Sequence record: MH560358
Length of the DNA: 64,000 nt
Direction: 5' to 3' (one strand)
From: Escherichia virus KFS-EC
Of this stretch, positions 28,139 through 35,330 are shown piece by piece. A program made the position numbers and the translations under genes. The notes beneath the pieces are model-generated. The model worked only from the letters and a program-made list of their open reading frames with translations. It made no database searches and was not told the DNA's origin. Each line of letters begins with the position of its first letter. Position 1 is the stretch's first letter.

Positions 28139-28657
28139 TTAGTTATTTTTTAATTGTTCATCTTGCAATAATGCAATCACATGCTGGCGATGTTCTTCCG
28201 ATTGAGGTACACCGAAAAAGTTTGTTTTGTAGAAATACTCTAATCGGTCTTCTCGTGTGCTCTCTTCCATCATGATCGCGGGTAGTCCGAGATTTCGGAA
28301 ACGTCGCTTTTCTGCTGGCGTAAAATCACTGTAATACAACATAGAATCATCATTACAAGCAATGCTAAACTCATCTTTCATAAAGGAGAATATTGCGTTT
28401 AAACGCTGTTTACCGTCCACGATTTCGATCTCATAGCGAGAGCCATCATCAATCTTAGCCATTGCGATAGCACCAACCGGAAAATCATTAATCAGGTTTT
28501 CGATAAACATACGTTTGTTTTCGGTGTCCCATACCAAAGGACGCTGATAATCTGGGTTCATGTTGATATAGCCATCTTCTAACCATGCTTCGTAAACAGA
28601 GATGACAAAGTTTTTAGTATTGGTATAGTAACGGCGTTTAGGCGTTAAACGGTTCAT
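28139..28657 (-). CDS. ParB-like / DUF262-like protein (172 aa)
   Basis: DYQRPLVW and DGKQRL motifs typical of the DUF262 ParB/Srx-fold domain; ATG placed 1 nt after the upstream stop. Confidence 0.55.
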   Translation of the reverse strand: MNRLTPKRRYYTNTKNFVISVYEAWLEDGYINMNPDYQRPLVWDTENKRMFIENLINDFPVGAIAMAKIDDGSRYEIEIVDGKQRLNAIFSFMKDEFSIACNDDSMLYYSDFTPAEKRRFRNLGLPAIMMEESTREDRLEYFYKTNFFGVPQSEEHRQHVIALLQDEQLKNN

Positions 28658-28658
28658 G

Positions 28659-28991
28659 TTATAGTCTCCTGAATGGATCATCACGTAAATCAATATCTTT
28701 TAAGAACTCATCCCATGAATGGCGGATATTGTTCTTAATTCTCCAGATAAGCGCAGGGATTGAACGCTCTCCCATCTGGAAGTATGGATCATATGATCCG
28801 TATGACCAATATGCTACTACAATTCCACAATCAGCGCAATAGTATTCTATTTCACTTGCTGGCGACCAAAGTCCATCAATATGATCGGTGATCTTGCTTT
28901 CGATGTTATGGCTATGACAATCAGGGCAACGGATGCAATGACCTTGTTTATCGTAATTTGACGTTAGAGAATACTTAAACAATCTCATCAT
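28659..28991 (-). CDS. Zinc-ribbon protein (110 aa)
   Basis: CIRCPDCHSH ... YYCADCG, two CxxC pairs; ATGA overlap with the upstream methyltransferase-like gene. Confidence 0.5.
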   Translation of the reverse strand: MMRLFKYSLTSNYDKQGHCIRCPDCHSHNIESKITDHIDGLWSPASEIEYYCADCGIVVAYWSYGSYDPYFQMGERSIPALIWRIKNNIRHSWDEFLKDIDLRDDPFRRL

Positions 28992-29704
28992 GGATCCTTA
29001 TTTGCTTCAAATACTGCCTTTGCGAATCCTCGCGGGGTAAGTGACCTGATAGTCTTTGTTTTCGTTCCTTTCCCGCCTAGCTTAGAATGCTGTTTACTGT
29101 ACCCTTTATTAATCTGCACCGGTTTCTTTTCTGGCATTATAAAGCCTTGTCCGGTCCATAAGCAAGTCTTTTTTGGGTACATATCACGGGCGGCAATATA
29201 CTCAGGAAACGTAGGATGCTTATCATCTTCCGGCAAATAACCGCCATATTCCCACGGATGGAACATGTAATCAGGCTTACGCCACATGCTAGAGATAACG
29301 CTTACAGGATTCTCTATCATGTAGGGAACTCCTAGCCATTCACCCAAATAAGCGGTTATTTTAGCTGCCCGTACATCATGAACTTGAATCAATGGTCCTT
29401 GTTCTAGTTTCTTTCGTTCAAAGTGCGCAGCGCCACTAACAGCTAAATTGGTGCACGGTGGGAATGCAAAGATAATATCCGGTTTCCCCCATTCAAGGTC
29501 CATTGCTCTTTCCAGCCAGTTCAAATCAACCCAGGTGTTTACATAGGTAATGTTTTGATGTTCAAATCGGGTATTATATTTTTTGTATGTACCGTGGTCG
29601 CCATCGTCAGCATTAAAGCAGATCACCTTATGACCCGCTTTAGCCCATTCTAACCCCATTATCCCCGATCCGTCAAAGTTGCAGAATATTAATTTTTGTT
29701 TCAT
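28988..29704 (-). CDS. Cytosine-C5 methyltransferase-fold protein, minimal (238 aa)
   Basis: Motif I FCNFDGSGIMG, motif IV DIIFAFPPCTNLAVSG (PC catalytic dipeptide), motif VI YMIENPVSV (ENV-like), C-terminal TPRGFAKAV (motif IX/X-like); no room for a conventional target-recognition domain. Confidence 0.6.
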   Translation of the reverse strand: MKQKLIFCNFDGSGIMGLEWAKAGHKVICFNADDGDHGTYKKYNTRFEHQNITYVNTWVDLNWLERAMDLEWGKPDIIFAFPPCTNLAVSGAAHFERKKLEQGPLIQVHDVRAAKITAYLGEWLGVPYMIENPVSVISSMWRKPDYMFHPWEYGGYLPEDDKHPTFPEYIAARDMYPKKTCLWTGQGFIMPEKKPVQINKGYSKQHSKLGGKGTKTKTIRSLTPRGFAKAVFEANKDP

Positions 29705-29946
29705 ATACTCCCCTTTAATCCAACACAGATTTTAGAAGGTTCTTTGCCGTGCCACATTAAGTAAAGTCCGTTAATGCGGCCTTGTTTTGTATATGATTCT
29801 TTTCTGATCTTCTTATAGTGTCGTGTTTCCTCAGCCGATTGTTTAGAATACCAATCATAAAGGAAGATGAACAAAGGCCACCCATTAGCGGCCTTAATGC
29901 AGTTATTCAAAAATTCCTTATTGCGTTTAATTAATTTTCTTTTCAC
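29701..29946 (-). CDS. Hypothetical protein (81 aa)
   Basis: Start (possibly GTG) overlaps the upstream stop; basic N-terminus and hydrophobic WPLFIFLYDWY segment. Confidence 0.4.
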   Translation of the reverse strand: MKRKLIKRNKEFLNNCIKAANGWPLFIFLYDWYSKQSAEETRHYKKIRKESYTKQGRINGLYLMWHGKEPSKICVGLKGSI

Positions 29947-30194
29947 GCTGCCCCCATTGGTTTGATAGTAACAGAATCTAAAAGACCTTTGTTAGCCAGT
30001 TCGCGGCAAGTTTTCAGATCCGCAACTTCCCAGCCAGCCGCAATCAGGTTATCGATTAGGCTGTTAGCAACTTCTTCGCTCATGAAAGAGCACTGTTTGC
30101 CGATGGTGTAGCGTACACGCTGTAATTTCAGTTTACGGAAGCCTTTAACGTTCAGGTCTTTAGCGATTTTCTTTGCGGTTTCGATGTTAGCCAT
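29943..30194 (-). CDS. Hypothetical protein (83 aa), first gene of coupled operon
   Basis: ATG with ribosome binding site directly downstream of a PeSL promoter. Confidence 0.5.
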   Translation of the reverse strand: MANIETAKKIAKDLNVKGFRKLKLQRVRYTIGKQCSFMSEEVANSLIDNLIAAGWEVADLKTCRELANKGLLDSVTIKPMGAA

Positions 30195-30234
30195 TGTTTG
30201 ATTCTCCTAAGTGGTATCTCGTCTTGATGGTTGT

Positions 30235-30264
30235 ATTGTAGGGGGAGTTATCCTCCCCTGTCAA
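30235..30264 (-). promoter_or_regulatory. PeSL-type early promoter (TTGACA, GGGGAGGataaCTCCCCC, TACAAT)
   Basis: -35/-10 hexamers bracketing an 18-nt GC palindrome; leader almost identical to that at 31139-31173. Confidence 0.55.
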
Positions 30265-30278
30265 CACTTTTTATAAAA

Positions 30279-30446
30279 TTATTTGTTAATTTCTGGTGCG
30301 TTGCTAGGATAGTAACCTTCTTTAACTCCGAGATATTTCGCAACCATCCCTACAATCTTCTGTGCTACTACAATGTCAAATTTCAGATAATCTTCGCCGT
30401 GGGTTTCAATGATATATGCTTCACATGCTGCTTTAGTCTCGAACAT
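30279..30446 (-). CDS. Small protein (55 aa), copy 1 of duplicated gene
   Basis: ATG ORF MFETKAACEAYIIETHGEDYLKFDIVVAQKIVGMVAKYLGVKEGYYPSNAPEINK, about 90 percent identical to the 33560..33727 product; under 60 aa so absent from the track. Confidence 0.5.
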   Translation of the reverse strand: MFETKAACEAYIIETHGEDYLKFDIVVAQKIVGMVAKYLGVKEGYYPSNAPEINK

Positions 30447-30479
30447 TTTGATTCTCCTATTTCGTTTCGTTATGTGTGT

Positions 30480-30508
30480 ATTATAGGGGATCTCCCGATC
30501 CCCGTCAA
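30480..30508 (-). promoter_or_regulatory. PeSL-type early promoter (TTGACG, GGGGATCgggagATCCCC, TATAAT)
   Basis: Palindromic spacer between -35 and -10 on the minus strand. Confidence 0.55.
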
Positions 30509-30522
30509 CAACTTTTTTAAAA

Positions 30523-30804
30523 TTATTCGTGATTAGTTTCGATGTTGTGCATTTTGCACCAGTTCAGCCAATCACCCAGATCCTGATAGTTAATGCTTTT
30601 ATCTGCTGCCATCGTTTTTGTCTTGATACCCATATGTGCGTTATGAGTAAGCATTTTTACAGTGAACTCAATTTTATCACCTTTAGCTTTAACATCAACC
30701 AGTTTGGTCCACTGGCTACCAGCGCCGCGAATGTTCATACCAACGATGTTTCCGATGTATGCTTCTTTGTTTTTCAGGATTTCGGTTGCTTTGATGAATT
30801 TCAT
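30523..30804 (-). CDS. Hypothetical protein (93 aa)
   Basis: ATG ORF with upstream promoter and conserved leader. Confidence 0.5.
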   Translation of the reverse strand: MKFIKATEILKNKEAYIGNIVGMNIRGAGSQWTKLVDVKAKGDKIEFTVKMLTHNAHMGIKTKTMAADKSINYQDLGDWLNWCKMHNIETNHE

Positions 30805-30837
30805 TTTTGATTCTCCAGTTCGTTTCGGTATGTGTGT

Positions 30838-30866
30838 ATTATGCTATGTTCTTACTTTGGTGTCAA
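30838..30866 (-). promoter_or_regulatory. Sigma70-like early promoter (TTGACA / CATAAT), no palindrome
   Basis: Same -35 and conserved leader (ACACACATACCGAAACGAAC) as the PeSL promoters but a non-palindromic spacer. Confidence 0.5.
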
Positions 30867-30874
30867 CAACTTTT

Positions 30875-31144
30875 TTAGATATTTTCAGAAATAAATTTTA
30901 AAACTTGACGTAAATGTTTCTCATCTTTGATAGTCGCCGGAAGTTCTTCTTTTACTTCCTGTGCAAGATAGATATTTCCGTTCCAAGTGAAAGATCCGTC
31001 TTCGTTTACGCGATAGCTGAACATCCACTCGCAATCATTTTCGATTTCATATACACACAGAAGGGTGTAATCGTTAAAGTTATTGATTTCAAGGTCGAAG
31101 CCGTGACGTTTTGCAAAGTTGGTAGTGGTTTTAGTCAGCGCCAT
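30875..31144 (-). CDS. Hypothetical protein (89 aa)
   Basis: ATG ORF; 5' leader nearly identical to that of the 29943..30194 gene. Confidence 0.5.
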   Translation of the reverse strand: MALTKTTTNFAKRHGFDLEINNFNDYTLLCVYEIENDCEWMFSYRVNEDGSFTWNGNIYLAQEVKEELPATIKDEKHLRQVLKFISENI

Positions 31145-31184
31145 TGTTTGATTCTCCTAAGTGGTATCTCGTTTCGATGTGTGT

Positions 31185-31213
31185 ATTATGCTATAGGCGT
31201 GATTTGGTGTCAA
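31185..31213 (-). promoter_or_regulatory. Sigma70-like early promoter (TTGACA / CATAAT)
   Basis: -35 and -10 with 17-nt spacer on the minus strand. Confidence 0.5.
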
Positions 31214-31235
31214 TGCCTTTTTTAAAATTTTATGC

Positions 31236-31262
31236 AATAAAAAGCCGACGCTAAGGTCGGCT
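31236..31262 (-). terminator. Rho-independent terminator downstream of the 31270..31578 gene
   Basis: AGCCGAC-gctaag-GTCGGCT hairpin with U-tract on the minus strand. Confidence 0.6.
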
Positions 31263-31269
31263 AATAAAA

Positions 31270-31578
31270 TCATTTAGACAAATAATCATTCTGTGCAATC
31301 CGGTCGGCGTATGCTGGTGTTATGTCAATCGCCAACACTTTAACGCGTGCTTTCTTGCGACCTGGGTTTTCTCGTAACCAGTGCTCATGACCGTGAACAT
31401 TTTTATACTGAGATGCTTCTTCGAAGGTACGGATCGGACCTGGGTAATCAGCGTAAAGGATCTCTAGGTCATCGGTGATGTAAAAATATACATCATAATT
31501 ACTGTTCTCTAGTTTAAGCAGAGAGTTGCGAAATTGTGGTAAATTCTCGCGGGTAAATTCAACTACAAGATTTTTCAT
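31270..31578 (-). CDS. HxHW-VLAVDV family small protein (102 aa), paralogue 1
   Basis: Signature YFYITDD ... HGHEHWL ... VLAIDI shared with five neighbouring ORFs. Confidence 0.55.
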   Translation of the reverse strand: MKNLVVEFTRENLPQFRNSLLKLENSNYDVYFYITDDLEILYADYPGPIRTFEEASQYKNVHGHEHWLRENPGRKKARVKVLAIDITPAYADRIAQNDYLSK

Positions 31579-31628
31579 AGTGATATCCTCATTCAGATAG
31601 ATTAAAAGGGGGCTTAACGCCCCGTATA

Positions 31629-31916
31629 TTAAAACAGTCCTTCCTGTACACCGTAGTAGAGTTCGTCGCTGATAATTTCATTAATGCGACGGTGTGCATA
31701 TTCCTGATTTGCGAAGTTGTCAGCAAGTTCTACTTTAGTTTCGCCGTCATGAGTCCATTTAGTGATAACTTTACCATCTGCAAATTTGAAGTTGAACTCT
31801 TTAGCTACTGCATCGCGTACCAGACGTGCGAACTTGTTGTTACGGATTGCATTATCGGTTTCGTGTGCAGCGTGAGCGAATTTGTTAACTTTCAGAGTGA
31901 TAGTAATGTATGCCAT
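31629..31916 (-). CDS. Hypothetical protein (95 aa), related to the 34945..35256 product
   Basis: Shares ...VR.A.AKEFN.K... segment with the 34945..35256 ORF. Confidence 0.5.
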   Translation of the reverse strand: MAYITITLKVNKFAHAAHETDNAIRNNKFARLVRDAVAKEFNFKFADGKVITKWTHDGETKVELADNFANQEYAHRRINEIISDELYYGVQEGLF

Positions 31917-31962
31917 AATTTGATTCTCCTAGTTAGAAAGTGTATCTCGTTTCGATGGGGAT

Positions 31963-31991
31963 ATTATGCTATATCCCCGATCCGGTGTCAA
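31963..31991 (-). promoter_or_regulatory. PeSL-type early promoter with palindrome overlapping the -10
   Basis: TTGACA, 17-nt spacer, CATAAT; GGGGATAT...ATATCCCC inverted repeat spans the -10 region. Confidence 0.5.
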
Positions 31992-31997
31992 CACTTT

Positions 31998-32276
31998 TTA
32001 TAAAATAATTTTTTGATATTTTTCTATGATGTTTGTGTAGGTCACGTCAACCGCTAGCACCGTTGCTTCGAATCCACCGTTTAACCAATGGCTATGATCA
32101 TGATCGTGAAAGAAACCTAGACCAGTACGAAGACCTTCTTTATATTCGGCGCGTACATTTAGATCATCATCGATAAACAGATAAAACCATGAATTTTTAC
32201 TAGGATTGATGATACAACCTTTCAGATTAGGGAGAATATCACGACTAAGAATAAACTTATCACCTACTTTGAACAT
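31998..32276 (-). CDS. HxHW-VLAVDV family small protein (92 aa), paralogue 2
   Basis: Start moved to ATG (MFKVGDKF) with GAGGA ribosome binding site; motif FHDHDHSHWL ... VLAVDV. Confidence 0.55.
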   Translation of the reverse strand: MFKVGDKFILSRDILPNLKGCIINPSKNSWFYLFIDDDLNVRAEYKEGLRTGLGFFHDHDHSHWLNGGFEATVLAVDVTYTNIIEKYQKIIL

Positions 32277-32280
32277 AATA

Positions 32281-32601
32281 TTAGTCCTCACTTATAAGGT
32301 CAAACCAATTGTTTTTCGCATAATGCTTAATGCGTGCTTGATCTGCTTCCGCTGGTGATAGATTCCATGCAACCACTACAACTTCTGACGCATCGTCATC
32401 CGTTTCTGATACCCAATGATTGTGATTCATACAGTTATTTGCTATCGAGTGAGCAAATGATTTCATCACTGGAGACGTATAATCATAGTAACGGATTTTC
32501 AGATTTTCATCAACATACAAGTAGATCGTATAAGGTTTATATTCAGTAACCAGTAACAGACAGTTACGCAATTCTGGGAAAATCTTTTTAGTTAATTTCA
32601 T
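32281..32601 (-). CDS. HxHW family small protein (106 aa), paralogue 3
   Basis: Start moved to ATG (MKLTKKIF) one nt after the upstream stop; motif NHNHWV ... VVVVAWN. Confidence 0.5.
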   Translation of the reverse strand: MKLTKKIFPELRNCLLLVTEYKPYTIYLYVDENLKIRYYDYTSPVMKSFAHSIANNCMNHNHWVSETDDDASEVVVVAWNLSPAEADQARIKHYAKNNWFDLISED

Positions 32602-32602
32602 T

Positions 32603-32821
32603 TTATAATCCTCGGTCTCGGCTATAGTACACGGTACGCCATACAATTTCATGTTTCGTGTCGCTCCAGCACACGATCTCATTTACTCTTAAATCTTTGT
32701 TATCAACAAAAGATGAACATTGTGACGCTTCTTTCATCATTTTATCTGCTGTTTTCTCATCAAATACAGCACAGATTTCTTTATACACTCGATAATCTTT
32801 GAATTGACTCTGAATACCCAT
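32603..32821 (-). CDS. Hypothetical protein (about 72 aa), member of a two-gene paralogue pair
   Basis: SQFKDYRVYKEI...KMMKEASQCSSF parallels SKFKEYKAYQQI...KMMEDASKCPSF in the next ORF; start uncertain (41-nt overlap with upstream gene). Confidence 0.45.
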   Translation of the reverse strand: MGIQSQFKDYRVYKEICAVFDEKTADKMMKEASQCSSFVDNKDLRVNEIVCWSDTKHEIVWRTVYYSRDRGL

Positions 32822-33044
32822 AATTAACACCATTCCAACCAATTGTTTTTGAGAAAACGTTTATCCACTGTTGAGTGTAGCATGTTTCTTTCCATGATAC
32901 AATACGAGTGGAATAATGGTTTTTGTTTCCAGAAAAGGACGGGCATTTTGATGCATCTTCCATCATCTTTTCGGCGAACTCTGGTGCGTATACTCGCAGG
33001 ATCTGTTGATATGCTTTGTATTCTTTAAATTTGCTCATAATCAT
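32781..33044 (-). CDS. Hypothetical protein (87 aa), member of a two-gene paralogue pair
   Basis: ATG ORF; paralogue of 32603..32821. Confidence 0.45.
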   Translation of the reverse strand: MIMSKFKEYKAYQQILRVYAPEFAEKMMEDASKCPSFSGNKNHYSTRIVSWKETCYTQQWINVFSKTIGWNGVNYGYSESIQRLSSV

Positions 33045-33303
33045 TCACTACCTTATCAGCTTCTTTTGTTGTTTTTACATCAACTGCGATAACTCGTAAA
33101 GGTTCGTCATGGTTCCACCAGTGGTCATGAATATCAGCTTGTGATTTATCACCAAAGGAATCACGAATATCATTTTTACATTTATAGCTAATGTGACCTT
33201 CATAGTCAACATAAAGGTAATTATCGAAAATCGGCGTTTTTAAGATCATACCGAAAAATCTTTCTTTGTGTGTCTTATCCAGCGTTACAGTAATTCGCAT
33301 CAT
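33025..33303 (-). CDS. HxHW-VLAVDV family small protein (92 aa), paralogue 4
   Basis: Motif YLYVDYEG ... IHDHWW ... VIAVDV. Confidence 0.55.
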   Translation of the reverse strand: MMRITVTLDKTHKERFFGMILKTPIFDNYLYVDYEGHISYKCKNDIRDSFGDKSQADIHDHWWNHDEPLRVIAVDVKTTKEADKVVNDYEQI

Positions 33304-33315
33304 AATATATTCCTC

Positions 33316-33495
33316 TTAGAAAGGGATGGTCATTTCTTGAGCTTGTACATTCTCGTTAGGATTAAACTTCATCCAACCGATATTGTCTACCAGCATATGT
33401 ACATTTTTATCATATCCTACGTGAGTAGTCAACACTAAATGTGCTTTACCTTCAACGATGATTTCCATGTACTTCTGAACTTCGATAGCTTTCAT
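33316..33495 (-). CDS. Small protein (59 aa)
   Basis: ATG ORF MKAIEVQKYMEIIVEGK... with conserved leader and ribosome binding site; under 60 aa. Confidence 0.4.
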   Translation of the reverse strand: MKAIEVQKYMEIIVEGKAHLVLTTHVGYDKNVHMLVDNIGWMKFNPNENVQAQEMTIPF

Positions 33496-33559
33496 TTTGA
33501 TTCTCCGTTTGTTGTCTTGATGGGAGTATCTTACTACTCCCTTTAATCATTGTCAACTA

Positions 33560-33727
33560 TTATTTGTTAATTTCCGGTGCGTTGCTCGGATAGTAACCTT
33601 CTTTAACACCTAGATATTTTGCAACCATTCCGGTGATCTTCTGTGCTACTACGATATCGAATTTCAGGTAGTCTTCACCGTGGTTTGCTACAATGTATGC
33701 TTCGCATTCTGCTTTAGTCTGGAACAT
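33560..33727 (-). CDS. Small protein (55 aa), copy 2 of duplicated gene
   Basis: Start moved to ATG (MFQTKAECEAY); near-identical to the 30279..30446 product; preceded by PeSL promoter. Confidence 0.5.
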   Translation of the reverse strand: MFQTKAECEAYIVANHGEDYLKFDIVVAQKITGMVAKYLGVKEGYYPSNAPEINK

Positions 33728-33761
33728 TTTTGATTCTCCTATATCTCGTTGGTATGTGTGC

Positions 33762-33790
33762 ATTATAGGGGATCGGTGATCCCCTGTCAA
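33762..33790 (-). promoter_or_regulatory. PeSL-type early promoter (TTGACA, GGGGATCaccGATCCCC, TATAAT)
   Basis: Same architecture and almost the same palindrome as the promoter at 28103-28131. Confidence 0.6.
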
Positions 33791-33795
33791 CAACT

Positions 33796-34089
33796 TTATA
33801 ATGCTTTATATGCGTATTTCATAAATTTGTCTGCCACTTCATTGGCATGTTCAGATTCTACGCCTGATTCGAGAACAATAGCTAGGTCGGTTTCGTCATT
33901 CCCGCCGTACCAATGATTTGATGTTCGATTTTTTTCAATTGGAAATTGGTCACTTTTATCTGTGCGACAAAATACATCTAAATGCTCGTCGATGTAAAAG
34001 ATCCAATCTTCATAAAGAATAACGGTATTAGCAAGATTTTTATTGCCTTCAACGAAAGGTTCGGCTACAAACAAATTAGTATGTTCCAT
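33796..34089 (-). CDS. HxHW-related small protein (97 aa), paralogue 5
   Basis: Start moved to ATG (MEHTNLF) with GAGGAAA ribosome binding site; motif IFYIDEH ... SNHWY ... LAIVLE. Confidence 0.45.
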   Translation of the reverse strand: MEHTNLFVAEPFVEGNKNLANTVILYEDWIFYIDEHLDVFCRTDKSDQFPIEKNRTSNHWYGGNDETDLAIVLESGVESEHANEVADKFMKYAYKAL

Positions 34090-34105
34090 AGTATTTTCCT
34101 CAAAA

Positions 34106-34297
34106 TTATACAGCTTCGTAAACTTCCCAATGTCCAACACCAGCACGCTTAACGAAAAGGTTTTCTTTGATGTTATTCATAAACGTCTGGATGGATTTAA
34201 TGCGGTTTGAAGGTTTCCATTCTTCGTTGGCATTGCGTCGATACATCATAACATTACCAGTTCGCTTATATTCAGCAACCATTTTAAGACCACACAT
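34106..34297 (-). CDS. Hypothetical protein (63 aa)
   Basis: ATG with GAGGA ribosome binding site. Confidence 0.45.
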   Translation of the reverse strand: MCGLKMVAEYKRTGNVMMYRRNANEEWKPSNRIKSIQTFMNNIKENLFVKRAGVGHWEVYEAV

Positions 34298-34354
34298 AAT
34301 ATTATCCTCAATTTGTGGGAGAGTATTACCCCTCCCAATGATTGTTATGTTATA

Positions 34355-34675
34355 TCACACAAAATGGCGTGTCAATGCTTCTTTTGCGGTTCCGCTAAGA
34401 CTTTCGATCTCGCCTGGCATAACATCAACCGCCAGAACTTCTACAACATCCTCGGACCCTAACCAGTGAGTATGACCTTTGTAGAACTTGATAACCAGAC
34501 TACCTTCCTCGTCCCATTTAACGCTATCGCTAGCCCACCACACATCACCGTCGATAAAGTTGATGTAAAGCACACTACGCCACATTGAATTAATTACTTT
34601 CAATACTGCGCCTTTCATCTCTTCCACGGTATGGTCTTCCATTTTGAAGACCTCACCTACCTGAACTTTTGCCAT
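34355..34675 (-). CDS. HxHW-VLAVDV family small protein (106 aa), paralogue 6
   Basis: Motif YINFIDGD ... GHTHWL ... VLAVDV. Confidence 0.55.
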   Translation of the reverse strand: MAKVQVGEVFKMEDHTVEEMKGAVLKVINSMWRSVLYINFIDGDVWWASDSVKWDEEGSLVIKFYKGHTHWLGSEDVVEVLAVDVMPGEIESLSGTAKEALTRHFV

Positions 34676-34692
34676 TTAGTCACCTCTCTTTA

Positions 34693-34872
34693 TTACATAA
34701 CACTCACGCCAGCCGTTGAAAGTTGATGTTTCAACTGAGCATTTTCTGCTACCGTCAAATCAATGATTTCTTGTGACGCTGCAATCATATAGCCATTGGT
34801 GATATTGTTTTGCATCAGTTCAATGGTTTCTTCGTTGTAGCGGATTTTAGCGATGATTTCGTTGAAGTTCAT
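34693..34872 (-). CDS. Small protein (59 aa)
   Basis: ATG ORF MNFNEIIAKIRYNEETIELMQ... downstream of PeSL promoter; under 60 aa. Confidence 0.4.
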   Translation of the reverse strand: MNFNEIIAKIRYNEETIELMQNNITNGYMIAASQEIIDLTVAENAQLKHQLSTAGVSVM

Positions 34873-34906
34873 AATTGATTCTCCTAGTTCGTTTCGGTAT
34901 GTGTGT

Positions 34907-34936
34907 AGTATAGGGGAGTTTAACCTCCCCTGTCAA
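34907..34936 (-). promoter_or_regulatory. PeSL-type early promoter (TTGACA, GGGGAGGttaaaCTCCCC, TATACT)
   Basis: Palindromic 18-nt spacer between -35 and -10. Confidence 0.55.
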
Positions 34937-34944
34937 CAACTTTT

Positions 34945-35256
34945 TTAAAGTTTTTCCATGATAACGGTCATAATTACATCTTCTGCGCGAGCGGTCAGAT
35001 TATCAGCGTCAGCATGTGGGCGGTTGGTTGTTACAGAGATAACACCGTTGCGCACTGGTTTGATATTGATATCAAGATGATCCGCGAAACGTTCGCCAGT
35101 TACAGAATGAATTTTGGTGTTAAATTCTTTTGCCAGTGCCTTGCGAACTTCACGAATCAGGATAGCGTTTTTCAGTTGGTTCTCCGCGCTCATGGTCTTC
35201 TGGGTGTTCATGGTTCCGTCGAAGTCAATCATTGGCAGCGTTACGATGTATTTCAT
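34945..35256 (-). CDS. Hypothetical protein (103 aa)
   Basis: ATG ORF downstream of PeSL promoter; related to the 31629..31916 product. Confidence 0.5.
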   Translation of the reverse strand: MKYIVTLPMIDFDGTMNTQKTMSAENQLKNAILIREVRKALAKEFNTKIHSVTGERFADHLDINIKPVRNGVISVTTNRPHADADNLTARAEDVIMTVIMEKL

Positions 35257-35301
35257 TTTTGATTCTCCGTTTAAGAAAGTGTGTTTCGTTTTGATGTGTG
35301 T

Positions 35302-35330
35302 AGTATAGGGGATACGTGATCCCCTGTCAA
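35302..35330 (-). promoter_or_regulatory. PeSL-type early promoter (TTGACA, GGGGATCacgtaTCCCC, TATACT)
   Basis: Palindromic 17-nt spacer. Confidence 0.55.
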
